Below, piece by piece: positions 49,888 through 59,879 of a stretch of DNA of 64,000 nucleotides. Where the stretch lies: contig DYNP01000006.1 of assembly GCA_020721005.1 (NCBI GenBank), positions 162,200 to 226,199 of the forward strand. Direction: 5' to 3'. Within the stretch, counting starts at the first letter, position 1. Every line of letters starts with the position of its first letter. The position numbers and the translations under genes were made by a program. The stretch comes from Thiomargarita sp. GTDB taxonomy: Bacteria; Pseudomonadota; Gammaproteobacteria; Beggiatoales; Beggiatoaceae. The notes beneath the pieces are model-generated. The model saw nothing but the letters and a program-made list of their open reading frames with translations, was not told where the DNA came from and made no database searches.

Positions 49888-51069
49888 GTGAATTTACAAT
49901 TATCTCAACGGGTACAGGCAGTCAAACCTTCCCCGACCTTGGCAGTTACCGCCAGAGCCAATGCGTTGAAGGCGGCCGGCCATGACATTATTGGGTTAGG
50001 AGCCGGGGAACCGGATTTTGATACCCCAGATCATATCAAGGCCGCAGCCATCGATGCCCTCAAGAAGGGATACACCAAATACACTCCGTCTGATGGTATG
50101 GCGTCATTGAAAAAAGCGGTGGTTGATAAATTGGCGCGGGAAAACCAGTTGACTTATACCCTTAAACAAGTCATGGTTTCTTGTGGCGGCAAACAAGCTC
50201 TGTACAACTTCACTCAAGCCCTGTTAAACCCAGGTGATGAATGCCTGATTTTGGCTCCTTACTGGGTTTCATACCCAGATATGGTATTATTGGCTTCCGG
50301 AATCCCCGTCTTTATCAATGCGGGAATTGAACAAGGTTTTAAAATCACGCCTCAACAATTGACGGCAGCCATCACCCCCAAAACCCGCCTGATCTTCATC
50401 AACACGCCCTCCAATCCCACAGGCGTCCATTACACAGCTGCGGAACTCAAAGCTTTGGGAGACGTGTTGCGGCAACATTCCCAAGTGGTAATTGCCACTG
50501 ATGATATTTACGAACATATCATTTGGGAAGGCAAACCCTTTGTCAACATTATCAATGTCTGTCCCGACTTGTATGAACGGACTGTGGTATTTAATGCAGT
50601 CTCCAAAACCTATTCTATGACAGGATGGCGAATTGGCTATGCGGCAGGTCCAGAGCCTCTTATTCAAGCCATGAACAATATCCAGTCCCAAAGCACCTCC
50701 AATCCCACCTCATTTGCTCAATACGGGGCATTATCTGCTTTGGAAGGAGATCAAAGTTTCATTCAAGAAATGGTGACTGCCTTTAAACAACGCCACGACT
50801 TCGTACTCAGTGCCCTGCGCAAAATTCCTGGTGTGCAATGCTTACCCTGTCAAGGCACTTTCTACATATTTCCCAGCTTTCAAGGTGTTATGGACCGTTT
50901 GGGCATCAAAACCGATGTAGAATTGGGAGAATTCCTCTTAGAAAAAGCGGGAGTGGCTGTGGTCCCAGGCTCTGCGTTTGGGGCGCCTGGTTACGTACGA
51001 ATCTCATTTGCCACCAGTTTGAGTAACCTGGAAAATGCCATGGAACGGCTGTTCAAACTGCTGAGTTAA
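49888..51069 (+). CDS. Aspartate/aromatic aminotransferase (class I, PLP-dependent). A GTG start is likely.
   Basis: The PLP lysine region is AVSKTYSMTGWRIGY. Other blocks are NPTGV and GEPDFDTP. Confidence 0.85.
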   Translation: MNLQLSQRVQAVKPSPTLAVTARANALKAAGHDIIGLGAGEPDFDTPDHIKAAAIDALKKGYTKYTPSDGMASLKKAVVDKLARENQLTYTLKQVMVSCGGKQALYNFTQALLNPGDECLILAPYWVSYPDMVLLASGIPVFINAGIEQGFKITPQQLTAAITPKTRLIFINTPSNPTGVHYTAAELKALGDVLRQHSQVVIATDDIYEHIIWEGKPFVNIINVCPDLYERTVVFNAVSKTYSMTGWRIGYAAGPEPLIQAMNNIQSQSTSNPTSFAQYGALSALEGDQSFIQEMVTAFKQRHDFVLSALRKIPGVQCLPCQGTFYIFPSFQGVMDRLGIKTDVELGEFLLEKAGVAVVPGSAFGAPGYVRISFATSLSNLENAMERLFKLLS

Positions 51070-51082
51070 AAAGGCATACTGT

Positions 51083-51113
51083 GTAAGATGGGCTGACCCT
51101 AGGGAAGCCCATC
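51083..51113. repeat. REP-like hairpin GTAAGATGGGCTGACCCTAGGGAAGCCCATC
   Basis: Direct reading. Confidence 0.7.
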
Positions 51114-51153
51114 CAACACAAATATCATTTCAAGGGAATTTTAGGACAACTTT

Positions 51154-51597
51154 ATGAAAGCACAAGTGCGATTGGTAGATGAAGTCTGTTTGATGGGCAG
51201 TGCAGACAGCGGACATGGGATTATTATGGATGGTGCCCCAGAAATCGGTGGACGTAATTTGGGAACGCGTCCCATGGAGATGGTGCTCATAGGTCTTGGG
51301 GGATGTACAGCTATGGATGTATTGAGCATTCTCAAAAAGCAACGTCAAACCGTAGAAAGTTGTGTGATTGATATTGAGGCAGAGCGCTCGGAACAGGTGC
51401 CTAAAGTTTTTACCAAAATTCATTTACATTTTACTGTGACTGGACGAGATTTAAAAGAGTCTCAGGTTAAGCGAGCTATTAATTTATCTGCTGAAAAATA
51501 TTGTTCAGTTTCAGCGATGTTGGAGAAGACCGCACAGATCAGTCACGATTATACAGTCATTGAGAATGCTGTGGGAATTGAGGTTAAAGGAGAGTGA
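51154..51597 (+). CDS. osmC: OsmC/Ohr-family peroxiredoxin-like protein
   Basis: 147 aa. Conserved cysteines lie in LGGCTAMD and EKYCSVS. Confidence 0.75.
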   Translation: MKAQVRLVDEVCLMGSADSGHGIIMDGAPEIGGRNLGTRPMEMVLIGLGGCTAMDVLSILKKQRQTVESCVIDIEAERSEQVPKVFTKIHLHFTVTGRDLKESQVKRAINLSAEKYCSVSAMLEKTAQISHDYTVIENAVGIEVKGE

Positions 51598-51604
51598 GAA
51601 CATT

Positions 51605-51644
51605 CGTTCCCACGAGAAATGTGGGAACGGGTTACGGTTTTTTC
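51605..51644 (+). terminator. Rho-independent terminator for osmC: the hairpin CGTTCCCAC-gagaaat-GTGGGAACG followed by GGTTACGGTTTTTT
   Basis: It has a 9-bp perfect stem and a 6-T run. The same stem is an instance of the GTTCCCA-N9-TGGGAAC palindrome. Confidence 0.55.
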
Positions 51645-51649
51645 TGCAA

Positions 51650-54049
51650 TTACAGCCAGTTGCCGATCAATAAGAAAGGTCCCCAATAAGAAGGGTGCCA
51701 ATAACGGTCTTGAGCGATCAGTTTCTTTTGGGCATTTTGTAAGGCCTTGGCTTTGGTCAATCCGGGACCTCGCAATAATTGTTGATAGAATTCCATGATT
51801 GTCAAAGCAGTGGCCTCGTCGTCAACAAACCATAAGGTGGCAATGGCGCTGCGGGCACCTGCTTTAATTGCCACTCCTGCCAGTCCCAAGGCTGCCTTGT
51901 CATCACCCACGGCTGTTTTGCAAGCGCTTAAAGTCAGTAATTCAATGGGTTTTTTGCGAAATTTGCCTAAGCCGATGACACTTTGCAGTTTGTCCATGTT
52001 CATTTTATCTTCATAGGTGAGTAAATAAGTGTGATCGGGGTCAGAATCAAATTCACCATGGGTGGCCAAATGAATGATGGAATATTCGGTGCTTTTGAGA
52101 GTTTGACGAAATTTTTCAATGGAATATTCCTGATTCATAATTTTATAAGCACGATCAGCGCCGGCAATTTCTTGAATAGTATGGATTTCTTTGGGCACAC
52201 TGGGTAAAGGGGGATATTCCTGTACCGCTTCTGAAAGTCCAATCAGGAGCAGTTGACTGTTTTGCCAATTGATGGGTTGGGGTTCAGTCAGAGTGAGACC
52301 TGGAGTGGTCACCACTGCATAGTTTTCAATCAGGTAGTGTTGTCCATCATGTAGAGTGGAAAAGGGAATCATGCGCAGTTTTCCATCTGGCACGACAATG
52401 ATGGTGTCCACTTGTTGTTGTTTAAGTTGTTGTTCTATGGGCTTGATCATCCATTGATAAAGTTCCCGGGCTGGATATAGAAAACGGTTATTGGGACGAG
52501 TTTGCAGTCCCAAACGCAATTGCCAAGCGGTGTCATTGACTTGTTGGCGACTGACTGGTTGTTCGATCAAGTGCAGTCCATCTTTTAAAGTAACTAATAC
52601 GACCAGTCTTTCTGCCAAGGGAATGGGATAGATAACTGCGGTGCGATCAATGACTTCGTCCAGCGTAGTTTGGCGGGCTTGTAGGGCTGTAAGACATTCG
52701 TCATGAAAATAGTTTTGCAATTCAGCAACTTTAACCAATTCCACAGTGTCTCTGGCTTGACGCAACAGGGCTTGCTGTTGGGCACGCTCTGGGGCTTTCT
52801 GGGCTTTTTGGAGGAGTAAATCTGCCAGTTCGTAATAAACCGGTCTCACCCAATCGTCGAAACTGCCGGGCAGAGCCCGGTAGCCAATGCTGAGTTTTTG
52901 TTGCAGGTCTTTGAGAAGGTCGGCAGAGAGTTGATAAGCTGCAATGGCTTGATCGGGTTGCTGAAGTTGGGTGAGAATACGGCCCTTCTGCCAATAAATT
53001 TGGTAGAGAATATGAGGGTAGTGACCTTGGTTGGCATAAAACTGGGCTTGTTGGGTGAGTGTCAGGGCGTCTTCATAACGACCTTGTTGTTCATGAAGAT
53101 TACCCAAATAAGTTAGGGCATAGGCTAAGGATGAGGGAATTTGCAGTTGTTTGGCCAATTGAATGGCTTGAGTGAGTAATTGGTAAGTGAGGGTGGAGAG
53201 TTGTTCCCAGTCTTGAGGAGTTAAGCGCGGGGTTTCCAGCCAGATTTGGGCCAATTCTTGTTCTTCTTCAGAAGGATTGTCAGCAAGTAAAGTGTTTGCA
53301 AAGCGTTGATCTTCTTGAATAGCCAGGTGCTGTTTAAGGAGATTTTGAGCAATCAGGCTGAGGGAAATGAGGCCTTGGATTTTGTCATAACTGTGGTTGG
53401 GCAATGCTGCCAAGAGGGTTTGCACTTGAAACAGTTGTTTTTTAGATTCTTCAAGAGGTTGATCGTTTAAGACGGCTTTTAAGTGGTTGATGGCAATTTT
53501 GAAGGATAGATGAGGTATTCCCTGAGCAGCTTGTTGGGCCTGTTGATAGGATTCCAAGGCAGAGTCTATATCGCCACTAAGGAGCTGAGCATTGGCAAGA
53601 GTGTTGAGAGTATCCGCCAATATTTGGGAATCTTGAGTTAGACGGGCATCAGCCACTGCGTCATGGGCACGTTGTAGAGCTTCTTGAGTATCTCCTACAG
53701 TCAGCCAGGCGTCACTGAGTTGACTGAGTAACTGGGCACTGTGAGGGACTGATTGGGCTTTCTCAGCCCAGGAAACTCCTTCAATCAGGGTGGAAAATAC
53801 GTGTTTGTGCATGCCTAAGTTTTGATAAGCCGCAGCCAGACGTCGATAAATATCCAGTATCCTATCTGAAGGAGGTGTACTTACTTCTGAAGCGGAATAT
53901 TGAGCCAACTCTGCTTGCCACACCTTGATGGCAGCTTCAAATTGTCCTTTTTGAAAGTAGTTATCTCCAACTGTCAAGTCAGTGGCAATCACTTCTGCAG
54001 TGCAACCAAGCCAAAGCAATAATATTATCCTTCGTAAAATTAGGTTCAT
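51650..54049 (-). CDS. Secreted TPR-repeat protein with a C-terminal CHAT (caspase-like protease) domain
   Basis: The signal peptide is MNLILRRIILLLWLGCTAEVIA. The N-terminal two thirds contain multiple TPR-like helices. The CHAT catalytic dyad context is IIHLATHGEF ... LLTLSACKTAVGD. Confidence 0.75.
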   Translation of the reverse strand: MNLILRRIILLLWLGCTAEVIATDLTVGDNYFQKGQFEAAIKVWQAELAQYSASEVSTPPSDRILDIYRRLAAAYQNLGMHKHVFSTLIEGVSWAEKAQSVPHSAQLLSQLSDAWLTVGDTQEALQRAHDAVADARLTQDSQILADTLNTLANAQLLSGDIDSALESYQQAQQAAQGIPHLSFKIAINHLKAVLNDQPLEESKKQLFQVQTLLAALPNHSYDKIQGLISLSLIAQNLLKQHLAIQEDQRFANTLLADNPSEEEQELAQIWLETPRLTPQDWEQLSTLTYQLLTQAIQLAKQLQIPSSLAYALTYLGNLHEQQGRYEDALTLTQQAQFYANQGHYPHILYQIYWQKGRILTQLQQPDQAIAAYQLSADLLKDLQQKLSIGYRALPGSFDDWVRPVYYELADLLLQKAQKAPERAQQQALLRQARDTVELVKVAELQNYFHDECLTALQARQTTLDEVIDRTAVIYPIPLAERLVVLVTLKDGLHLIEQPVSRQQVNDTAWQLRLGLQTRPNNRFLYPARELYQWMIKPIEQQLKQQQVDTIIVVPDGKLRMIPFSTLHDGQHYLIENYAVVTTPGLTLTEPQPINWQNSQLLLIGLSEAVQEYPPLPSVPKEIHTIQEIAGADRAYKIMNQEYSIEKFRQTLKSTEYSIIHLATHGEFDSDPDHTYLLTYEDKMNMDKLQSVIGLGKFRKKPIELLTLSACKTAVGDDKAALGLAGVAIKAGARSAIATLWFVDDEATALTIMEFYQQLLRGPGLTKAKALQNAQKKLIAQDRYWHPSYWGPFLLIGNWL

Positions 54050-54122
54050 AAGGGTATCTCAATGATGTCAATGGGTGAAAATAATGATGTGCAGTTTATA
54101 GGGTGTGAATTTTACAGTCAGT

Positions 54123-54263
54123 AGACCTCTTGCGAAAGTAAATGATGCGATAAAAATGAGATAGGAAAAAGGGAAATCTCCGTTGGAGTGGAGGCTGTAG
54201 CCGGAGTGGAGGTTCTAGAAGGTAGTTGGAGTAGAGGCTTTAGCCGGATTTGCAAGAGGTCTA
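54123..54263. mobile_element. MITE-like element, copy D (short or internally deleted)
   Basis: It reads TA|GACCTCTTGCGAAAGTAAATGATGCGATAAAAATGAGATAGGAAAAAGGGAAATCTCCGTTGGAGTGGAGGCTGTAGCCGG...TTTGCAAGAGGTC|TA. Confidence 0.65.
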
Positions 54264-54719
54264 GTCTAGAGTTTTTACCTCCTACCACCACAGCCATCTA
54301 AACTCAAAGAGAGTAGTTTTAGTGAGAACAACGAATCGGATTGCAGAAACCCTGGCTTGTATAGTATCCTGTTTTTAAATCTTTACGCCAAAGCGTTTAC
54401 CCCTCAATGAACTTATTGATTTTACCTTTTTAGAGTATACACAGAAGAATTGAAAGATAGCGCTGCAGGCTTTATTCAACTGGAGTAAATGACCACTGTC
54501 TGCAGGAATTGCCTTGAAGGTAACAAGGAGGCGTCGATAGATTCAGTGTTGTACTGTCTTTTTAATGAGGAGGATGACATTGCCGGCTCTCTTGTTCAAG
54601 CAGGATTGGCTTAAGCAGTTGACTCAATCTCGAAACCCGCCCAGTTTTGAAAACTCAGTAGCTCTCTACTCAGTTTTTGAGTTAGGTATATCCAGATTTG
54701 TATGATTGGAAAGTGATTA

Positions 54720-55520
54720 ATGACCCATTTTAACAAACCTAATTTACTATTTGTCATCATCGGAGGCTTTTTTGTCGCCAATGCGATGATCGCAGAATTT
54801 GTCGGTGTTAAAGTCTTTTCCGTAGAGAAAACCTTGGGCTTTGAATTTGGTCCTGCTTTAAACCTAAGTGCGGGGGCCCTGCTCTGGCCATTGGAGTTTG
54901 CCATCGCCGACCTCATCAATGAATACTTTGGGAAAAAAGGTATTCGCATTCTATCCTACCTCACCGTAAGTCTCATTGGCTATGCCTTTCTTATCATCCT
55001 GATGGCTATGTACTTAGTTCCAGCAGATATTTGGATCATCCGTGAAACTGCACACGGACCAGTCAACATGGTATTGGCTTTTGATGCGGTATTCAGTCAA
55101 GGACTGTGGATCATCATTGGCTCCATGATTGCCTTCCTCATCGGTCAACTGATTGACGTCATGATCTTCTATAAAGTCAAACAATACACTGGAGAAAAAC
55201 ACCTCTGGTTAAGAGCCACGGGCTCTACCTTTGTATCCCAACTGATAGACAGCTTCATTGTTTTGATCATCGCCTTCCATCTCAATCCAGCCACTCAATG
55301 GGGTTTAAATGAAGTCCTAGCCATGGGCGTTATCAAATACTTTTACAAACTGCTCATGGCCATTGCATTAACCCCCCTGATTTATTTACTTCACTATCTC
55401 ATTGACAGATATTTAGGAGAAGAATTGGCTATGCAAATGAAAAGTCAGGCTATGCAGGATAGTCAATCCGAAAAAGAGGGGACCACTTCTTCTGTGGATA
55501 AATCAACCAAGCCAGAATAA
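54720..55520 (+). CDS. yhhQ: Queuosine-precursor transporter (YhhQ/DUF165 family)
   Basis: It has about 6 transmembrane segments. The C-terminal block FVSQLIDSFIVLIIAFHL...VIKYFYKLLMAIALTPLIYLL aligns with E. coli YhhQ. Confidence 0.65.
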   Translation: MTHFNKPNLLFVIIGGFFVANAMIAEFVGVKVFSVEKTLGFEFGPALNLSAGALLWPLEFAIADLINEYFGKKGIRILSYLTVSLIGYAFLIILMAMYLVPADIWIIRETAHGPVNMVLAFDAVFSQGLWIIIGSMIAFLIGQLIDVMIFYKVKQYTGEKHLWLRATGSTFVSQLIDSFIVLIIAFHLNPATQWGLNEVLAMGVIKYFYKLLMAIALTPLIYLLHYLIDRYLGEELAMQMKSQAMQDSQSEKEGTTSSVDKSTKPE

Positions 55521-55634
55521 CACTTGAGAAGCGAAGGCACTGTCCCAACTCTCAACAAACAATTCCTGCGCGTTTCAAAACCGCTCACCCTCGTTGGCAA
55601 AAATTGTGAACATTTTGGGAATAACTTGTGAATT

Positions 55635-56423
55635 ATGATTACCTTAAACCTCACTGCCCTAACCCTGTACATCATGGCGGCGACCTTTGGACTGCTGAAA
55701 AACAACTGGATACCTCCTCGTAACCTTCTATTTACCCTAGGTACCCTGGCTCTAATCCTTCATGCAGCAGCTTTATATTACAATTTACTAACTCCAGAAG
55801 GTCTTAACCTGGGTCTATTCAGTGCTGCCTCCTTAATCGCCTGGGTCATCATCAGCCTCCTCCTCATCAGCCTACCCAGACAACCGGTAGATGGCTTACT
55901 CATCGCTTTGCTACCCATTGCAGCACTTACCTTGGCTTTAGAAACTGCCTTTCCCAGCCAAAGACTCCTCTCCACTCAACAAAGTCTAGGCGTCCTACTT
56001 CACATCCTATCTTCCATCTTAGCCTACAGTTTTCTCAGTATTTCCGCTATTCAAGCACTATTTTTAGCCTTCCAAGACCACCAACTCCATTACAAACATC
56101 CCACCCGAGTTTTACAAATCTTACCCCCCTTACGAACCATGGAAGACCTACTCTTTCAAACCATAGGAATTGGCTTTCTTCTCCTTAGCATCAGTCTACT
56201 TAGCGGTTTTCTCTTCTTAAAAGACGTATTCGCTCAACACTTAGTTCACAAAACCATCCTCTCCACTCTTGCTTGGGGAGTATTTGCTGGATTATTATGG
56301 GGACATTGGAAATATGGTTGGCGGGGCAAAACGGCCATTCGCTGGAGCCTGAGCGGTTTCTCAGTCTTGATGCTGGCGTATTTTGGAAGCAAACTGGTCT
56401 TAGAATTTATCCTTCATCGCTGA
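55635..56423 (+). CDS. Cytochrome-c-assembly-family inner membrane protein (YpjD-like)
   Basis: 262 aa with 8 transmembrane segments. The size and topology match YpjD/CcsA-like proteins. Confidence 0.55.
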   Translation: MITLNLTALTLYIMAATFGLLKNNWIPPRNLLFTLGTLALILHAAALYYNLLTPEGLNLGLFSAASLIAWVIISLLLISLPRQPVDGLLIALLPIAALTLALETAFPSQRLLSTQQSLGVLLHILSSILAYSFLSISAIQALFLAFQDHQLHYKHPTRVLQILPPLRTMEDLLFQTIGIGFLLLSISLLSGFLFLKDVFAQHLVHKTILSTLAWGVFAGLLWGHWKYGWRGKTAIRWSLSGFSVLMLAYFGSKLVLEFILHR

Positions 56424-56709
56424 ACAAGAAGGAAGGAGACAAGTGCATTGGGGAATTTTATCGGACAAATCCCGCGACGGGGATGAATTTTACGAAATTC
56501 TGAGTGAGGTGGCACCCACCACAAGAGTAACAATCCCCTGTACCTTGAACCGCAGCGGTTCAGGTGGGAACTTCCAAGGGTGTATCAGGCTTTCCACTTC
56601 AAGGTGGACTTGCACAACAACACCAACATTCTGTTCCCTAGGTATAAGATTAGGTTCAAGTGTCTTAGTAGATTGCTACTTAAATGGGGATGCCAAAAAC
56701 GAATCATTA

Positions 56710-57014
56710 AACCTCTTGCAAAGATACGCGATAACGAAAAAATGAGAGTTGCCCCTCAGCTAAGATACGTTGGAGTAGAGGCTTTAGCCGGTCAGCGGTA
56801 GGCCCTTGCAATTTGGAAGCTCTAAAAAATAAGTTGGAGTGGAGGCTTTAGCCGGCCAACGGTAGGCATCACCCCACATACACAAATTGCAAGGGCCTAC
56901 CGCTGACCGGCTAAAGCCTCTACTCCAATTTACCTTAGCCTCCACTCCAACGAGGACTTCCCTTTTATTTTTTCGTATCACATCATTTACTTTTGCAAGA
57001 GGTCTATTAAATTA
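56710..57014. mobile_element. MITE-like composite element, copy E. It has two central hairpins in opposite orientations.
   Basis: The left end is TA|AACCTCTTGCAAAGATACGCGATAACGAAAAAATGAGAGTTGCCCCTCAGCTAAGATACG. The right end is ...CTTTTATTTTTTCGTATCACATCATTTACTTTTGCAAGAGGTC|TA. Confidence 0.75.
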
Positions 57015-57168
57015 ACAATTCCAACTGATAACCAGACTTCTTATAAACTATCATAACTGACATTGAACTCATAAGTCAACATCAATCAAACCCGAAGAAA
57101 ATCACCTTTTACCCAATTTTCCACTCTGTAAATCCTGACTTAAACCCACAAAATTTACAATTCACCTA

Positions 57169-57483
57169 TTACTTGGCAGCTAAAGGAGGCAATTCAGACA
57201 AAGCACCAGCCAAACGTTCATTCAAACGCTCAACACTCGCATCCAAAGAAGTTATATGCTCTTCTTGACGCTGTTTGTACTGAAAATACTCATGAATGAT
57301 ATTCAGAGCACTCACCACCACCATCCGCTCACTGCCCACAACTTTACCGCTGACTCGCACCTCTTGGAGTTTTTCATTCAAATACTGAGCAGAAGCCAAC
57401 AACAAAGAACGCTCCTCTTCTGGACAAGCCACCACATAATCCTTATCCAAGATATGTAAATTAACGGGTATGGCTTGACTCAT
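57169..57483 (-). CDS. zapA: Cell division protein ZapA
   Basis: 104 aa. The block VVSALNIIHEYFQYKQ plus a C-terminal coiled coil aligns with E. coli ZapA (FIAALNISYELAQEK). Confidence 0.75.
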   Translation of the reverse strand: MSQAIPVNLHILDKDYVVACPEEERSLLLASAQYLNEKLQEVRVSGKVVGSERMVVVSALNIIHEYFQYKQRQEEHITSLDASVERLNERLAGALSELPPLAAK

Positions 57484-57695
57484 GAGGCAGATTCCATGGT
57501 CTTCAAGCGAGCAATCATAGCCTCAATTCGATTGCGAGCTAGAGTATTTTTCTCAATCAACCCAACTCGTTCCGTCAATAATTCCTGATTATGTAATCGC
57601 AACTGTCGATTTTCCTCGCTCAAACGCTGACAATATTCCAATAACGTCTCAATTCGTCCCTCCAGTATAGACAGATGAGTATGTTCTGCCCGCAT
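57480..57695 (-). CDS. Small coiled-coil protein immediately upstream of zapA (ZapB-like / TIGR02449-type)
   Basis: A 71-aa uninterrupted coiled coil (LEGRIETLLEYCQRLSEENRQLRLHNQELLTERVGLIEKNTLARNRIEAMIARLK). It has a 4-bp overlap with zapA. Confidence 0.55.
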   Translation of the reverse strand: MRAEHTHLSILEGRIETLLEYCQRLSEENRQLRLHNQELLTERVGLIEKNTLARNRIEAMIARLKTMESAS

Positions 57696-57708
57696 CTATA
57701 CATCCCTC

Positions 57709-58548
57709 CTACAATATATCAACTTCTTCCCCGATCTCTGCCGGAGATTGCATAGACTCATTAGGAGTCTCCTTCAAGTCGTCAAATAAATCATCCAAAT
57801 CAAAAGCATCCTCTTTTTTAGGAGGATTACCATCATACACCAAATATTCCCTTCTTTGCAGATAAGCATTTCTTAAATAGGAGTATTTATCCAAAGCCGC
57901 AGTCTCTAAAATCTGCTCCATATCCAACAATCTAGCCCGTCCGTCTACCGTTTTTAACACATTGGTCGATATCACAAAATTACGGACATTGGCATGCTCA
58001 GAATTGGCGTAATATACTCGAGGGTCCAACCACGTATCCACTCCCCATCCTAAAGTATCCCTGATCGTACTCGGTCCAAACAGGGGAAGTATTAAATAAG
58101 GACCAGATTTTATCCCCCAATAACCCAATGTTTGGCCAAAGTCCTCGTAATTTTTAGGCAAATCATTTTGAGCAGCCACATCAAACAACCCAAAAATGCC
58201 GATGGTACTGTTCAGTAACAAACGACTCGCGTCCAATATAGCCTGCTTAAACTTCAACTGCAAGATATCATTAGTTACCACGACCACATCATTCAAATTA
58301 CTAAAAAAATTACCAATTCCCTTATTAACCGGAGCGGGAACAATCGCTTTATAAGTTTTTGCAATTGGCTTTAACAAGGCTCGATCCACATCCTCGTTAA
58401 ATGCAAAAACATGACGATTGAATTTTTCAAAAGGATCAATTTGTTGAGGAGTAGTTGCACAACCTGTCAATCCTCCTAACCATACTAACCCTATGAACAT
58501 ACTTATATAACGAGTGAGCAATGACATAATTTTAATCTTAAGGTTCAA
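57709..58548 (-). CDS. mlaA: Outer-membrane lipoprotein MlaA (VacJ family)
   Basis: The lipobox is LGGLTGC. Conserved blocks are DPFEKFNRHVFAFNEDVD and GPYLILPLFGPSTIRD. Confidence 0.85.
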   Translation of the reverse strand: MNLKIKIMSLLTRYISMFIGLVWLGGLTGCATTPQQIDPFEKFNRHVFAFNEDVDRALLKPIAKTYKAIVPAPVNKGIGNFFSNLNDVVVVTNDILQLKFKQAILDASRLLLNSTIGIFGLFDVAAQNDLPKNYEDFGQTLGYWGIKSGPYLILPLFGPSTIRDTLGWGVDTWLDPRVYYANSEHANVRNFVISTNVLKTVDGRARLLDMEQILETAALDKYSYLRNAYLQRREYLVYDGNPPKKEDAFDLDDLFDDLKETPNESMQSPAEIGEEVDIL

Positions 58549-58612
58549 AAATCAACTGCTTAACAAGTTACTGCAAGCCCAAGTCGATGTCAAGTTTTAA
58601 GTTTTATATATA

Positions 58613-58958
58613 TAGACCTCTTGCAAAAGTAAATAATGCGATAAAGATAAGATACGAAAAAATAAAAGGAAAATCCCCTTTGGAGTAGAAGCTTTAGCCG
58701 GTACCTTGGAGTAGAGGCTTTAGCCGGTACCTTGGAATAGAGGATTTAGCAGGTACCTTGGAATAGAGGCTTTAGCCGGTCAGCCGTAGGCATCCCCATA
58801 CACAAATTACAAGGGCCGACCGCTGGACCGCTGACCGGCTAAAGCCTCTATTCCAAGGTACTTTCTAGAACCCCCACTCCAAAACTTCCACTCCAACGTA
58901 TCCTAACTGATGCGCAACCCTCATTTTTTCCTTATCGCATACTTTTGCAAGAACTCTA
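58613..58958. mobile_element. MITE-like composite element, copy F (reverse orientation). It has 4 x 26-bp internal units (GGAGTAGAGGCTTTAGCCGGTACCTT).
   Basis: The left end is TA|GACCTCTTGCAAAAGTAAATAATGCGATAAAGATAAGATACGAAAAAATAAAAGG. The right end is ...CTCATTTTTTCCTTATCGCATACTTTTGCAAGAACTC|TA. Confidence 0.75.
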
Positions 58959-59067
58959 ATCATCCATCAAATCAGAACACTGAAAATCACACTTGAATCT
59001 ACTTGCCCCCGATTTCACTGGAATAAATAACTTCCCAAGGTATTTCATCCAAATAAGGAAGGACTAT

Positions 59068-59676
59068 TTAACCGCTCCGCAACCGCAAATACTCATTAAC
59101 CAAAGTTTCCACCTCATGTGGACTGGGAAAAATCGCTGCCTTTTCCCCCCTGGGACCAATTAAAACAATCATTGAAGAATGATCAATCAAATAACTCTGC
59201 TCATCCGATCCCGGCTTTCTCAAATAAATAATTCCCAACTGTCCAGTCAACTGGTTAACCTGCTCACTGTTCCCAGTTGCCCCCATAAAATTGGGATCGA
59301 AAAACTGCACATAACCCTTCAACCTCTCTGGAGAATCTCGTTCCCCATCCACAGAAATGAAAATAAATTGGCTATCCTTCAAACGATCAGGCGCTTGCTC
59401 AACCAATCGCGTTCTCACCTGATGCAAAAATGCCAAAGTAGTTGGACAAATATCTGGACAAAAAGTATAGCCAAAAAATAAAAAACTCCAATGTCCATGC
59501 AACCGCGACAAATTGAAAACCTGACCCTCTTGATCAACCAAAGTAAATTCAGTCAAAAAAGGCGCAGCATCCCGATCCATTCCCGTATGGAAATAACTGA
59601 TTGCCAAAAAATAACCCCCAACCAACACCAAACTCACGGCCAAGGCCAATTTAAAATTCACACCCAACACTGCCAT
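59068..59676 (-). CDS. SCO1/SenC copper chaperone (thioredoxin fold)
   Basis: The motif is FGYTFCPDICPTTL (CxxxC). There is an N-terminal transmembrane anchor. Length is 202 aa. Confidence 0.8.
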   Translation of the reverse strand: MAVLGVNFKLALAVSLVLVGGYFLAISYFHTGMDRDAAPFLTEFTLVDQEGQVFNLSRLHGHWSFLFFGYTFCPDICPTTLAFLHQVRTRLVEQAPDRLKDSQFIFISVDGERDSPERLKGYVQFFDPNFMGATGNSEQVNQLTGQLGIIYLRKPGSDEQSYLIDHSSMIVLIGPRGEKAAIFPSPHEVETLVNEYLRLRSG

Positions 59677-59879
59677 ATTAAGTATTCCTAAAACACCTCA
59701 AATAAAGTTGCCAGGCCCCTAAATTCCAGATAAACTCTACAACTGTTAACTGTTTTTACCAAACCTGCTAAAAAAACACCTTTCCTTGCAAAGAAACAAA
59801 GCACCTACTTTTCCCCCGATTTTTCACAACCCTGACCCTTCTAATCTGAAAATGCCATTCTACTTTAGAGAATCTTAAC

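Noticed and set aside
54264-54719. preQ1 riboswitch upstream of the yhhQ-like transporter
   Set aside because: Only a generic hairpin (AACTCAGTAGCTCTCTACTCAGTTTTTGAGTT) is present. The preQ1-I pattern, a short P1 stem followed by an A-rich pseudoknot tail, is not recognisable by eye. Testing with Infernal/Rfam RF00522/RF01054 is left open.
57017-57168. Possible 6S RNA (ssrS) downstream of zapA, as found in many gammaproteobacteria
   Set aside because: Neither strand of the 150-nt gap shows the long closing stem or central-bubble arrangement expected for 6S RNA, and a MITE occupies the adjacent space. A covariance-model search would be needed to confirm its absence.
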